Of a DNA stretch of 64,000 nucleotides, positions 50,871 through 63,330 are shown piece by piece. The number at the start of each line of letters is the position of its first letter. Positions within the stretch are counted from its first letter, which is position 1. The DNA lies in contig MU054338.1 of the NCBI GenBank assembly GCA_013239625.1, positions 5,930,724 to 5,994,723 on the forward strand. Direction: 5' to 3'. The stretch comes from Lama guanicoe. Taxonomy: Eukaryota. Both the position numbers and the translations under genes were made by a program. The notes under the pieces were generated by a model. It ran no database searches, had not been told where the DNA came from, and saw only the letters and a program-made list of their open reading frames with translations.

Positions 50871-53162
50871 TGTGACTCTCACCTTCTCCGTGACCAAAGT
50901 CCATTCCATGGAATAGTTCATGTGGCTCGTTGTCACTTCTGTAGTTCTTCCTCAGTGTCACGAAGGCCGCTTTGTGAACCTCAAAGATGAAACGGAAAAT
51001 GGTGAACACAGAAGACACCTAGGTGCTCCACTGAGTGAAGTTTCTGGGGACCTGGGGTTGGGGAGCGGGGACTTCCCTTCTGCTTCCTTCACGGCCCCTC
51101 CCCCCAGCCCTGGGTCTGCGCCGGAGGAGGACGAACTCAGGCTTCCATTGCCCGGAGAAAAGGACACAGGGATGAGCGTGGGTCTCGAGCCCAGCGCATC
51201 TGGGTGTACCCACCCTCACAAACGAGTTTGAATCATCTGCTCTTTCGAGTCGCCCACACGCCTGCTACGCCCCACCCTGGATTTGGCTGTAACGCGATTA
51301 AAGACTTGAATATCATCTTTAGCAACTGAATCTCTCTCTGCACAAAAAGGGCAACTTTAATTTTCTATATTTTAAATAGAGACCTAAATTAAAACAAACT
51401 GTTTTTCCAATGAGGTGAAATAGTCACATGGTTCAAAATTCACAAAGCACAGAAGGGTAGACCATGAAAAGTCTCCCTCCCACCTTTTCCTCCCAGCCAA
51501 CAAGTTTCTCCCACTCCACCGCCACGACTGTTACTGTTTCCTGTGTCCCCAAAAGAGACCTGCTATGTGTGTCAAAGCAAAGTATATTCTCAGTATGGTT
51601 CGCCTTGCTTTATACTACTCTCATGGGTCTGCACGGGGCTGTTCTCACCAAGAGTAGCAGTGCCCTTGCTCAAATCCTGGTGGCTTCTTTCATTTCTGTG
51701 CACGTTCCCCGCCAGCAACCGAAGTTCTCTCTGCGGCTTCTCAGCACGCATGCGCCCTGGGAGCAGCCCGCAAGCAATGACTAATGGGAGGCGGCGGATC
51801 AATACTGCGGCTCCCTCGTCCCTGGGATGCAGAAAATAGGTGCATGCTCCTCGCTGCATCCCAGACATCCCCGGACAGGACTGAGCACTGAGCCCAGTTG
51901 CCCATAGTGTCAGCTTTTAAGGGCTATGTGCCCTTCCCTGCCTCACTGCCCCAGTCCTGACAGGTGCTTCTTGGGAATCACCTGTCAAATAAACCACAAG
52001 CCTTCAAATCTTTGTCTCAGGGTGGGCCTCTGTGGGGACACAAACGAGGACAACACTATGTCCTGGAAAATGGACCGTCTCCTGTATATAGAGCCTCCTT
52101 CTTTCCATCTGTGTCGGCTTTGCTTATGTGGATTATTATACATTAAACCCTCCCCACCACTGAAGCTCCCTAGGCTGGCAGCAATCTTTTGCACACTTTG
52201 GTATGTATGTCATTCTTCGTGCAAACAAGCAAATCCTTGGTTAATTCCTAGAGACCAGACAGTTGGGCCACAGGGTCCTTGCTTTGTCATTTTGATGGAT
52301 TTTGCTAAATAACCCTCTATTTTGAATACATTTCAAAACCCCAACAACTTTTACAGCTGTTCCCATTACTCCCTCAGCCTCTCCCCGAATGCAGGAGAGC
52401 TGGTCAAATTAACTCGACAGGGTTCTTGAGGGGAGCCTTTAAGAAGAAGGCTGAGGTTTTGGGGCCCATCTCTGGAGGCCCAGTCTACCGCCATCACCGG
52501 ATCTCAGCGAGCGTGGGTGCCTGGGGGGGGGCCAGGGTTTCTATTAATTCTGTGGATTTCTAATGCGGAGTGGGAGAAGCTGTGCTGTACTTAACAATCG
52601 GGAAGAAGGCAAGGACCACTGTGGCGACTGTGATTTCCACGATGAGAATGATGACCATGAACAAGAAACACTGGAAGACACAGAGCAGGGCAGAGGGAGG
52701 CTGGGAACTCGCTGGATGTCCTCCCACCCCACCCCAAGGCCACCATGGCCCCTCCAGTTTGCAAGAACTCAGGCCTCGGGGCAAGGGGGAGTGTTTTATT
52801 TCTTCCATGTGTTGCTTTCCTGCATGTGGTCCAAGATGCTGGCAGTGGAGTATTCTTAGGAGCTGCTAGTTGGAGCCCCACTTCAGGCTCAGCCCTTTCT
52901 GGGAGTCCGGGAGGCCTAAGAGGGGACCTGCGGGTGAGGCGAAGGCAGTGTGTGCAGACAGCAGGGGCAGATGGAGAGGAGGACAGGAGGGGGACCGAAC
53001 AAGGCAGGAAGGGGGGAGGAGAGGCAAGGCCAAGAAACCCCAGACATGCAAACTGCAGGGAGAGGTGATGAGACTGAAGGGATGACAGATGACAGGTTGG
53101 TGGGGGCCACGGGAAAATATCAACATATGCTGCCTCATGTTTCTGATAAAATCCACATGCCT

Positions 53163-53333
53163 GGGGGAAGGGTAGAGCTCAGTGGTAGCGTGCGTGCTTA
53201 GCATGCACGAGGTACTGGGCTCCATCCCCAGTACCTCCATTAAAAATAATAATTTAAAAATAAATAGCTAAACCTAATTACCCCCCCAAAAACAAAAACA
53301 AATCCAAAAAAGCAAAACTATAAAAAATAAAAA
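53163..53333 (+). mobile_element. tRNA-Ala-derived SINE with target-site duplication
   Basis: Full head and tail, flanked by ATAAAATCCACATGCCT / ATAAAATTCACATGCCT. Confidence 0.88.
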
Positions 53334-54187
53334 TTCACATGCCTGGTGGGAAGCAGTGGGAAATACGGTAAGCAGAGGGGAGGTCTTCAAGCTGCTTCTC
53401 TCCCTGAGCCTCAGTTTCCCCATCTTTACAACGTAGGGGTGGGGCCAGCTCAAGGAGTCTCAGTGGGTTCTGTGGAGCTTCTAGAAGCCAGATTTGGGGA
53501 AGGAGGCAAAGACAGGTCAGTTCCTGGTTCCCCTTTGATCTCTTTCCAATTATGTCTTTTATTATTATTAAAATCTCTGATAACTCAGGCTTTGAGTCAC
53601 CAGACTGGCCGATGGCTGGGCTCATCTGGCCTTGACATAGAGAATCAGGAAAGCACATTGGCTACACACCGCAGGTACCCACAGCCGACAAGGACAAACA
53701 TGGAGGCAGTTGTGAGACCCCAGACGAGTGGTTCCTGTATCAGATTGTAAGGATTCATATTAATATTAATATCTGCGTGATTGAGGCATTCCGAGGACAG
53801 ATATCCAGGTGTCAGCAAGTCCTATTGGCTCCATCTGCAGACTCTATCCTGACTCCGCCCACTTCTTACCCCCTCCACAGCCCTACCGCGTCCAGCCCCC
53901 ACCATCTCCCACCTGGACCAGCACAGTCTTCCATACTTGTCCCTGGCCCTCTGGTCCCCCGTAGCCGCCAGAGGGCGCCCTGAGCACCTGAGTCCATGCA
54001 CAATTTTGCTCAGAACCCTTCGTGGCTCCCAAGGCCATCAGGACTTTGCTTTTCTGAGTGTGGTCTCTGAGGCTTTGGATGGGACAGAGGCTGAGGGTAA
54101 AGTTGATTGGATTTGCCAACAGGTTGGACGTAGGGTGTGAGAGGAAGGACTCTTTGATTCTTCCGAATTGAACTACAGATCATCCAT

Positions 54188-54340
54188 GGAGCGGAGGGTG
54201 TAGCTCAGTGGTAGAGTGCCCGCTTAGCACTGGGTTCAGTCCCCAGTGCCTCCATTATAAATAAATGAACAAAACTAATTACCTCCCCCTTAATTTTTTT
54301 AAATTTTTTTAATTCAAAAATGAGTGACAAAAAAAAAAGA
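54188..54340 (+). mobile_element. tRNA-Ala-derived SINE
   Basis: Head with an internal deletion, plus the family tail. Confidence 0.75.
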
Positions 54341-54435
54341 TAATGTCCACATCCTATTGAAGATAAACTATTGTAGGCAGAGGACCTGTTCAATAAATAT
54401 TTGCTGAATGAGGTAATTAAGAAAGAAAACAAGAG

Positions 54436-54781
54436 GGGGTTGAGCCAAGATGGTAGAGACTCACAGCTCGCCCTCTCCCACAAATGCACCAAGAATTACA
54501 TCTACAAACCCATTGAATTGCACAGAACACCTACAGAATCGGATCTAGCAGAGTGTCTCTCAGTTCGAAATACAAGAGGAGTGTCACAAAATCAGATAAA
54601 CAAGTTTCTACTGTATAGCATGGGGAACTATATTCAATATCTTGTAGTAACTTATGGTTAAAAAGAATATGAAAACAAATATATGTATGTTCCTACATGA
54701 CCAAAGCATTGTGCTGTACACCAGAAATTGACACAATATTGTAAACTGACTATACATCAATAAAAATATATTTTAAAAAAA
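54436..54781 (+). mobile_element. Internally deleted or spliced L1 retrocopy (5' UTR fused to 3' end) with 17-bp TSD
   Basis: Begins GGGGTTGAGCCAAGATGG, switches at 54595/54596 to the L1 3' terminus and poly-A. TSD AAGAAAGAAAACAAGAG (54419-54435) / AAGAAAGGAAACAAGAG (54782-54798). Confidence 0.75.
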
Positions 54782-56219
54782 AAGAAAGGAAACAAGAGAT
54801 GATGGAGATTCAGGGAGGAGGAGGGCGAGGATGGGCGCTTTAATTACCATTGAAGCTGTTTATACTCTGAGGGGTGGCTAGATGCTGGAGCAAGGATCTC
54901 CCTGAAAACCCCAAATTGAAATTGCTGGAGTTTTACAACAATACCATGGAGGAAGGGAAACAAACGATGCTGGAGACAGATCAAATTTAGGATGGGATGA
55001 TCAGCTCAGACACAATTCCAAGGGAAATAGGAATGGGGATGCTGGGAGCTGGACTTTGGGGAGATGTCTGGTCATAGCTGTGTATGAGAATGAGTGAGAC
55101 ACATAAAACCTGTGACATGCTAACAACTGCGTGACCATGCTTGAAATACACACCCCATGTGTTTAAACATGTACTGTGCATGTCTGGCAATTACCATAGT
55201 GTTGTGGTCTTAGGGGACATACACATGTACTGATGGAACACAGCAGCGTGCCCAGAACAGCCCCAAGCATAACGGAAACTAGCGGAGACAGAGGAGGACT
55301 GGATGAGCCAGTCAGTCAGCGCAACAATATGTCATACAGCTGGGGAAGAAAAAACACCCAAATCCAACCCTTACCTCACACCACACACACAAACGATCAA
55401 ACTCTCAATAAAGAGCTAAGAGTGAGAAAGCAAGACTTAAAAATTAACGGGAAGAAAACCTAAGAGAGTGTAATGTATGCACTTGGGTACGGGAGTTTTA
55501 CATGAGACACATCGTAAAGGAAAAGGTGGATTTGCTGGACGCCATGCATCAAACGACACGGTTAACACTGTAAAACAGGAAATGACAATCGAAGGAGTAT
55601 GCAATGTGTGCAAGGAAGGATTCAGACATGACGAAGACATGGGAGTTTGAGGGGGGGCTGTGGGCAACTTACAAACAAGAGGGTGCCTCTGCTGTCTTTG
55701 GTTGCTCCATAATACCCGGCAAAGCCAAGCGGCGCCGTGAGGCAGCCCTTCACCAGGCACAGTCAGTCAGCATGAAGCAGGCATGCAGACGACCACCGCT
55801 CGGAACCTGACAGAGGTGTCCAGGCAGATGAGGATCACGCCAGGGAGCTGCAGGACAGCAAACAGACAGGGAAAAGTGATCCAACAGCTGCGTACGAAGA
55901 AGGCCTCTCCCCAGCGGAAAGGAAAGGAGGAACAAAGGCCAATAAGATCAGCAAAAACGTTTCAAAAATGATAATACCCTGAGTTGGCGAGGAGGACGTG
56001 GAGAAACATTCTCCTACATTGCCACCAGGCAACAGTGTGCCCAGAACAGACCCAAGCATAACAGAAACTAGTGGAGACAGAGGAGGACTGGATGGGACGT
56101 CAAGCCATGGAAAGACGCGACTTACAAGACTGTACTTCGCTCACTCCTGTTGTAGGAGAATGTTTATTGATACAAAAAGATGTTTTTAAGGCCTGAAGTT
56201 TTTTAAAAAGTAGACTGTC

Positions 56220-56397
56220 GGTGGGGAAGGGTATAGCTCAGGTGGTGGAGCACGTGCTCAGCATGCATGAGGTCCTGGGTTCAACCTCCAGTGCTTCCAT
56301 TTAAGATAATAATATTAATAAATGAACCTAATTACCTCCTCCCCTCCAAAAATAAATAAATAAATAAACCTAATTACACCCCCCTCCCCCAAAAAAG
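56220..56397 (+). mobile_element. tRNA-Ala-derived SINE with TSD and duplicated tail
   Basis: Flanked by AAAGTAGACTGTC on both sides; the tail motif is present twice. Confidence 0.88.
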
Positions 56398-56429
56398 AAA
56401 GTAGACTGTCCACAATTATGCTCGTTGGT

Positions 56430-57095
56430 GTTTATTAACAGAGTTGAAAACTTACGTTCACTCAAAACCTTCACATAGATGCTTCTCGCAGCTTTATCCA
56501 TTATGGCCAAAAGTTGGAAGGCACCAAGATGGCCTTCAGCACAGGAATGGATTAAATAAACTGTGGTACATCCAGACAGTGGAATATTAGCACTAAAAAG
56601 AAATGAACTATCAAGCCACGGAAAGAGACAGAGGAAACGTAGACATATTGAGTGGGAGAAGCCAATCTGAAACGACTACATGGTTTATGATTCTAAGTAC
56701 ACGACATTCTGGAAAAGGCAAACCTACGGAGGCAGAAAGATCAGTGGTTGCCAGGGGCTAGCGGGGAGGGAGGGATGATGGGTGGAGGATTTTTACGGCA
56801 GTGAAATTATTTATGTGATGCTGAGATGGTGGCTGCATTTGTCAAAAGCCCTAGAATGTAGAACACCAAGTGAGCCCTAATGGACTTTGAGTAATAATGA
56901 TTATCAATGTAGGTTCATGATAACAAAGGCACTGCTCTGCTGGGGAATGTGAATAATGGGGGTGCTGTGCGTGGGAGGGGAGGGGCTTACACGGGAACTC
57001 TCTGTACCTTCTGTTCAGTTTTGTCGTGAACCTAAAACTACTCTTCAAAAATACAGTCTCTTTAAAAGGAAGAAAACTATTTTTTAAAAAAGAAA
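56430..57095 (+). mobile_element. L1M-type 3' region
   Basis: TAAATAAACTGTGGTACATCCA...GACATTCTGGAAAAGGCAAA...TAATGGACTTTG...GGGAACTCTCTGTACC. Confidence 0.75.
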
Positions 57096-57858
57096 AAAAA
57101 TGAGATTTGTTAAGCAATAGCATCCCATGTTGTTTTGCTGTTTTTAAAAGGTACAGAGAAAAGTCTGGGAGGGTGTAATGATGATATTCATTGAGCAATG
57201 TTCCCAGAACAGGCACAAGCCCTTTAAATGCATTATCCTGCTTAATTCCCATCAAAACGGTACAGCGCAGGTAAGGAGAGGAGGAGTGAGATTTAATTTC
57301 CTTCTCTTTCCTGGCAGCCTTTCCTCGTACTGTTTTACTATTAAAACAATGATTTCTTTAACAGTGCACATTTCAGGTTACTTTTAGAGAAAGGAAAAAA
57401 AAAGGATTTGAAAAATGGAAAAGACCAAGAAAGGAATCATTCCCGCCTGCCTTCCCAAACAATGTCGTTTTCTGCAGGATTTGCCTTAGAACCAAATTCT
57501 TCCACCGCAGACCCCAGGCCCCCCAGGTCACACTCCCCTGGGCTTGATGTCACCAGCTCTGGGTCGATGGAGGCCACACCTGTTCCCAGTGTGTTCTGCT
57601 CCGCGTCAGTCTGCCCTACATCCCTTCAGCTTCCCTGAGGACCACAGGTCCGGGTGCCAGTGAATTTGGATCAACTTATTTCTGTCTTTGAAGGAGCCAG
57701 CCGTGGAGGAAGGGCTGCAAAGCCCCAGGGCCTGGGTTGTGACATACTTACAGCCACGTAGCCATTGAAGAAAGATAACAGTTTCTTCAAGGAATAATAC
57801 AGAGTGTGCATTTCAGCCATGTTGGCCAGACTGGGGTGCCCTGACTACTTAAGTCAGC

Positions 57859-57900
57859 ATCGTCCTAAACCTCTGAGCTATCGTCCTAAACCTCTGAGCT
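57859..57900. repeat. Perfect 21-bp tandem duplication in the TSPAN16 5' leader
   Basis: (ATCGTCCTAAACCTCTGAGCT)x2, starting 39 nt upstream of the TSPAN16 ATG. Confidence 0.95.
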
Positions 57901-60900
57901 ACTGTAGAGGTCTGGGGTGGGGGGCACCAAAGCTGTCTTTCTCTGCCCCTCTTGCCCCTGGCTGCCTGATCGCCTGCCAGGGAGAGGTGAGGAGCCCAGC
58001 GGCTGCCCCTCTTCAGTCATAAGCCTTTATCACACCACAGTCGGATGCTGCAGCAAGGCTCCCTGTGCCAGGGAAGCAGGTGCCCCAAACTGCACCCTGC
58101 TGGCTCCTCATCCTCCAAATAGGCCACGCCAGCAGTGGAGAAGAGGCACAGTGTGCTGCTCTGGAATCCTCCAGATGCCACTCAGGTCCTGTGGGCACAG
58201 CACTCAACACTGACTACTCGTGTGGTCAATGCCCCTGCTATACTTGGGACTCCAAGTGAACAGGGGCCTGGGAGCTCCCCTTTATGGCTGTGTTCCCAAA
58301 GCTCAAGAAACTGCTATAGTATGAATGAATGAAGAGGTTCCATGAAGCAGGAATCGAGGTTTGAGCCATCAGGTTCCCCAAGGCCCTGCCTACACATTAG
58401 TTCACTGGCTCATCCTTCTCACAGGGCTCAGAGAGGCCAAGGTAACTGACCAAGGCCACACAGGAAGCAGGGCCAAGGCTGGACTTCGGAGCTCCAAGAG
58501 TGACATGAAGTTGGGAACTTCTGATCCCTCCCCAGCTCTGCTCTTTCTCCATCTGAGGCCAGCTCAGCCACAGCTGGTGAAGATATTGTCCTTGAGCCCA
58601 CAAATCATTGATCACTGGGCCTCTCTTGATATGATAACAGAGGGCATTTCAGGGCAACAATGTGCATGTAGACACCAAGGGCCCCTAGGGAAGGAGAGGA
58701 GGAGTGAGATTTAATTTCCACTTGAATTAATTTAACAAATGTTTATCAAATTGCCTGCTTCTTAGGACATGGGGAACTAAGCAAGATTTTCACGGAGGAG
58801 TGACTATCTTCTCCCTGGACCACAGGCCACATTCACAGCTAGAAGTGTGTCCTTTCACATCTTTCTCTAAAAGGTCATTTGAAATAAGGAAACTCAAAGC
58901 TAGAGGTCCTTCAGGCCCAAAAATGGGGAGGCAAAGGAGGGTGAGAAAATGGGGGCAAAGCAGTTCAGGAGAGGGGTGGCGTAAAGGAGGGTGGGAAAAT
59001 GCAGGACAGATAAGGGCAGGGAGGGTGGGAGGCAGAGAGCGGTGTGGACCTAGGGGCAGGGTAGAGCGCCTACCTTCAGAGGCGAGCAGCCCCATCGGGA
59101 ACTAGAGAAAGCAGGACCCTGTGCCTGCATTGCCCCTCCGAAGACCCGCCCCCAGGCAGCCCCGCCCCAGCGTCACCGCCAAGGCAGAGGCCCAGGTCCC
59201 GGCCTCGCGCACCCCCTGGCGGCCACCAGAGGAAGCACGGCCCTACGTTCGCCCTGACTCCGGCGTCCCCCAGCCAGAGGCATATCCAAATGTGGAGCCG
59301 TCCCCGAGAGCCGCCGCTCAGCCTGACAGTGTGAGGAAACGAGAGGCAAGACCCACCCCCAAAGCCTCCCAACACAACCATTGAATTGATGCGAAAAGAC
59401 AGAATAGTGCAGGCATCCGGCCAATTGCAAATACAAGACATGTGGCAAAAAAAAAAAAGCATGCAGAAAACCAGTGCAATTTATCTGTAGCAGATCAAAG
59501 GTTCTAGAAAACAGTGAAAAGCTCCTCTTGAAGTGGCGCTACAGAGCGATTAGGAGGACATTGAAATACCACTGTAGAAAACAGAAGAGCCACTCCAGTA
59601 TTTCCGTAATTATAGGGCTTAGGGTGTACTGAGAGTCCTAGTGTATTTCTCCACATGCCTTGGTCTCCTTTTATTTTAGGAGATTTTTTTTTAAAAATAC
59701 GATTTCCAAGAAAACGATATGTCTTAAACACACACAGACTATTTATGTCAATAACCCATGTTGATCTATGAACTGTCCTTAAATTGGAGTACTTGTCACC
59801 AACAGCAACAACAGGTGGCTCAGGAGATAGGTTCGCTTGGCCGATTGTTCATGTAAAATTAGTAGCATTGATATACTTGTGTGTTAAGTCCCCACAAAAC
59901 CTGGATCCACCCCTGACAAGGGGAGATTTTACGGTTTAAGGTATTTTAGTAGCAATCACTGAAGGAGGAGGTGTCAAATCAGAATCTACCATCCAACAGA
60001 AAAGTCTGGAGCACAGGAGAGAAAGGTGCCTGTTCAGGGTGTGGCTGGTCCACTTCCTTGACATTATTCATTTGCTCTGGGGCTCCCAGGCCATGGACCT
60101 CAGCCTTTCACAGGGATGGAGGCATGGGTGTCACCAGGTCATAGCATCATGGGCTGAAATTTTTGACAAGATAGTAAAGGATCATAGTGACAATCATTGC
60201 TGCCAACTAAAAAGGAAACGAAAAGCATTTCCACCATTAGGGATTTTTTTGTTTGTCTTAATAGTTTTTAAAATCCTTTTGCTTCATCTTTTTTTACATT
60301 CTGGCTTATTTTTGAGTCTTTATGCTTGCTCTGAGGGCTGAGAGCCTGTGGGTTAGGGGGTGACAGGGAGGCAGGCCCTTGTCCTGTAGGGGATACTCAC
60401 TGCTCTCCAAGATTCTCTTTTTCTCTACTTAAATATCTGGAATTTCTACGCCCTCAGCCTATCAGAATCTTAGCTTCTGGTAAAGAGTGGAATAAATCAA
60501 GAAGCACTGAAAGATTCTGGATTATATTCAGAATACTCAGCCACTCGGCTGGAACTGTCCTTCCTCGAGAGAAGATGGCAGGCAGGGCCCATCCACCATT
60601 GAGATCATTCAGAACCTGATCACTTACCACCACTTTCCAGGTCCAGCCCCTGTCCTCGCTGCCTCCTCCCAAGTCTCTGAGTTTCCGCCCTCCTTCCCAC
60701 AGTGTGTTCCCCTCGACCGCCGCCAGAGGGCGGGTTTGGGCACCTGAGTCATTTCAGGCCATCCTCTGTTTAGAACACACACCCCCTCCTCCGCCGCCCC
60801 CTTCCCCCGTGGCTCCCACCTTACTTGGAGCAAAGCCTACAAGGCTCTGCTGTGTCCTCAGGGCCCAGAACAGTGCCTAGGTCCTCAATAAGTGCTTGCT

Positions 60901-61869
60901 GAGTGAGCAAATTAATGCAATGAGCAGACTTCCACATCTGATGATTATTGCAAACCTTCTGCGACATGAGGTATCATTGCCCAGTCAAGCTACTGCACAT
61001 TAAACTGTGAGGGTGTAACTATTTTTGTGTCCATTTTAGAGATGTAAAAACTGAGGCCAAAAGGGGTGCCTTACCTGTCCAAGCTCATCCAGGGAACAAA
61101 TAACAGAGCCGGGGTTTGAACCAAATGTGTCTTTTCCTCAAAATTTCCCTTCTGTTATAAGTCGAATTCCTCAAGTAGATTTGCTGACAAGCCTTCCAGA
61201 CTATTGCTCATTGTCGGCATGCATCTCCCCAGGGGTTTTATCCTCCTGTCTGTGTTCTGGGCTCTAGCAAACTAGTCACCAAGAGACAGACCCACAGTCA
61301 GGCCAGCATGCTGAGATTCAAGGTCATTCACTAGCCAGGCAGCAAAGTTAGGCAGGGACGTGCCATATTTGCTTCACTTCATTTTAAAAATTTTTTTAAT
61401 TGATGTATAGTTGATTTACAATGTGTTGATTTCTTGTGTGATTCAGTTATACATTTATATATATATTCTTTTTCATTTTAGGCTATTACAAGATACTGAA
61501 GGTAGTTGTAGGACCTTGTTGTTTATCTATTTGATATATAGTAGTTTGTGTCTGCTAATCCCAAACTCCGGCTTTATCCCTCCCTCCTCACTCCACTTCT
61601 TTCTATCATCAGTATCTGAGATCCTGCAAGATCCTGCTCCAGCCTCTACAGGCCAAGGGATGTATTTGTATCTTCTGCGAAGAACGCTAAGTCATGCGCA
61701 TCAGCCTAGCTGTTGTATCCACAGCATTTCGTCTGAAATGGAGGAAGCTTTATTTGTGACCTTGAACTGCCAAGTTGCCCTGGAGTGATTCAGCAGTTGA
61801 TGGTGTCGATTCCGGAGCTGCCTCCTTGCACAGCTCTAGGAGGCGCTGCTCTCGTGGAGGGGCGGGGAA

Positions 61870-61922
<53 letters not shown>
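61870..61922. repeat. (TA)n microsatellite
   Basis: More than 20 near-perfect TA units. Other microsatellites: (TAA)n 8122-8155, (CA)n 12444-12472, 22456-22480 and 23232-23256, (TCCA)n 39178-39213. Confidence 0.95.
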
Positions 61923-62249
61923 CCCCTCCTGGAGATTTCTAGAGCAGCAGTCCCCATCTTAGATGTACATACCATTCCTTCTGCCTGTGTCAGAACTTCC
62001 CCAGACACTTCCCTCGGATGGCGGTGGGTGGGGCAAACTTTTCTTCTTAATTGAAGAGGAAACAAGCCACAAAGCTTATAGAAGTCCCCTCAAGAACGCA
62101 TCTCGCTCATTTTACCGGAGGTTTGGGAAGCACTCCAGGCCAAATCAGTCCCTGGAAATCCATCCAAGAGGAGTTAAAATAGAAGGTCAAGCAGGGTGCA
62201 AATTGTTACATTTAACAGAGGGCAGGTTGGCAGGAGGTATTGAAATTGA

Positions 62250-63330
62250 CGCCTTCCGAATTCCACTTCTCCTAAGGAAGCCCAAAATTGTGGCTCTGGA
62301 GATGTTCGTCCGGTCAACATTTATAAACATGAGAAGGGGGAGTGACCTAGACGCCCATCAACAGGAGACTGATGATGACTGCTGGTTAAAGAAAGAGGCT
62401 GTATGTTAATTCAGATATTACTTCTGGGGAGGAGAATTGGTTGAGGAGGAAACTTAATGCGTATTAACAGAAAAAGGTTAAATGCATATTGCTAAGTGAA
62501 TGAAGCCAGTCTGAAAGGGCTCTGTACTGTGTGCCTGTACTGTACCATGCATCCTGGAAAAGACAAACCTATACAGAGAGTAAAAACATCAGTGGTTACC
62601 AGGGATTGGGGGTGGGGGCAGGGAGGAATAGTGGTAAGCATGGGGGGTGTTGAGGGCAGTGAAACTGTCCCCTGTGATACTGTACTGGCCCATCTAGGAC
62701 ACTGTGCATTTGCCAAGACCTGTAGAATGTACACCACCAAGAGTGAGCCCCTAATGTGGACTATGGACTTTAGTTAATAGTAATGTATCAGTACTGGTTC
62801 ATCACTTGTTGCAAGTGTACCACACCAATGCAAGATGTTAATAATAAAGCCAACTAGGAGCTGGGAGAGAGGAGATATGCGGGAACCCAACTTTCCATTC
62901 AATCTTCTGAACTTTTGTCCTTTTTTTTTTTTAATCACTCTGGGCAATTTTTTTTTTTAATGGAGGAGCGAGGGATTGAACCCAGGACCTCACGCATGCT
63001 AGGTATGTGCTCTACCACTGAGCTATTTCCCTCCCCCTGTAAGCCTAAAACTTTGAAAAAATTAACTCTATTAATTAAAAATAAAAAAGCAGCGGAGGGA
63101 GGGGTAAATTAGGAGTTTGGAATTTGCAGATACAAACTACGATATATAAAGTAGATAAACAAGGTCCTACTGTACAGCACAGGGAACTATGGTCAATACC
63201 TTATAATAACCTATAATGAAAAAGGTTATGCATATAAATGTATAACTGAATCACTATGTTGTACACCAGAACACAACATTGTAAATCAACAGTACTTCAA
63301 TTAAAAAAAAAAAAGTTCAAAAAACAAAAC
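62250..63330 (+). mobile_element. L1 fragments with a nested reverse SINE (about 62945-63036)
   Basis: L1M 3' sequence at about 62250-62915; younger L1 3' end at about 63090-63330 (AGATAAACAAGGTCCTACTGTACAGCACAGGGAAC...poly-A). Confidence 0.7.

Larger units (their letters stand above)
46984..57820 (-). pseudogene. TSPAN16: Tetraspanin-16 unitary pseudogene (intron-containing, disrupted)
   Basis: Exons: 57752-57820 (MAEMHTLYYSLKKLLSFFNGYVA); 55673-55847 (175 nt, frameshift plus TGA, ends GATKDSRGTLLF); 52596-52670 (CFLFMVIILIVEITVATVVLAFFPI); 50883-50979 (97 nt, frameshift, FVTLRKNY); 48945-49073 (LKCCGVRNF*...YPRSCCKS, TGA at 49044-49046); 46984-47067 (GCSPKLLEITKTQS...). Splice sites are retained. 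The terminal exon was not found. Confidence 0.9.

Noticed and set aside
53163..53240. tRNA-Ala(AGC)-like sequences here and at about 12 other sites
   Set aside because: Most carry the shared SINE tail, some have TSDs, and all have scattered stem-breaking substitutions. They are SINE heads, not tRNA genes.
61963..62409. 148-aa + strand ORF
   Set aside because: The 3' third runs into an L1 remnant, there is no ATG start at the listed position, and no homology was recognised.
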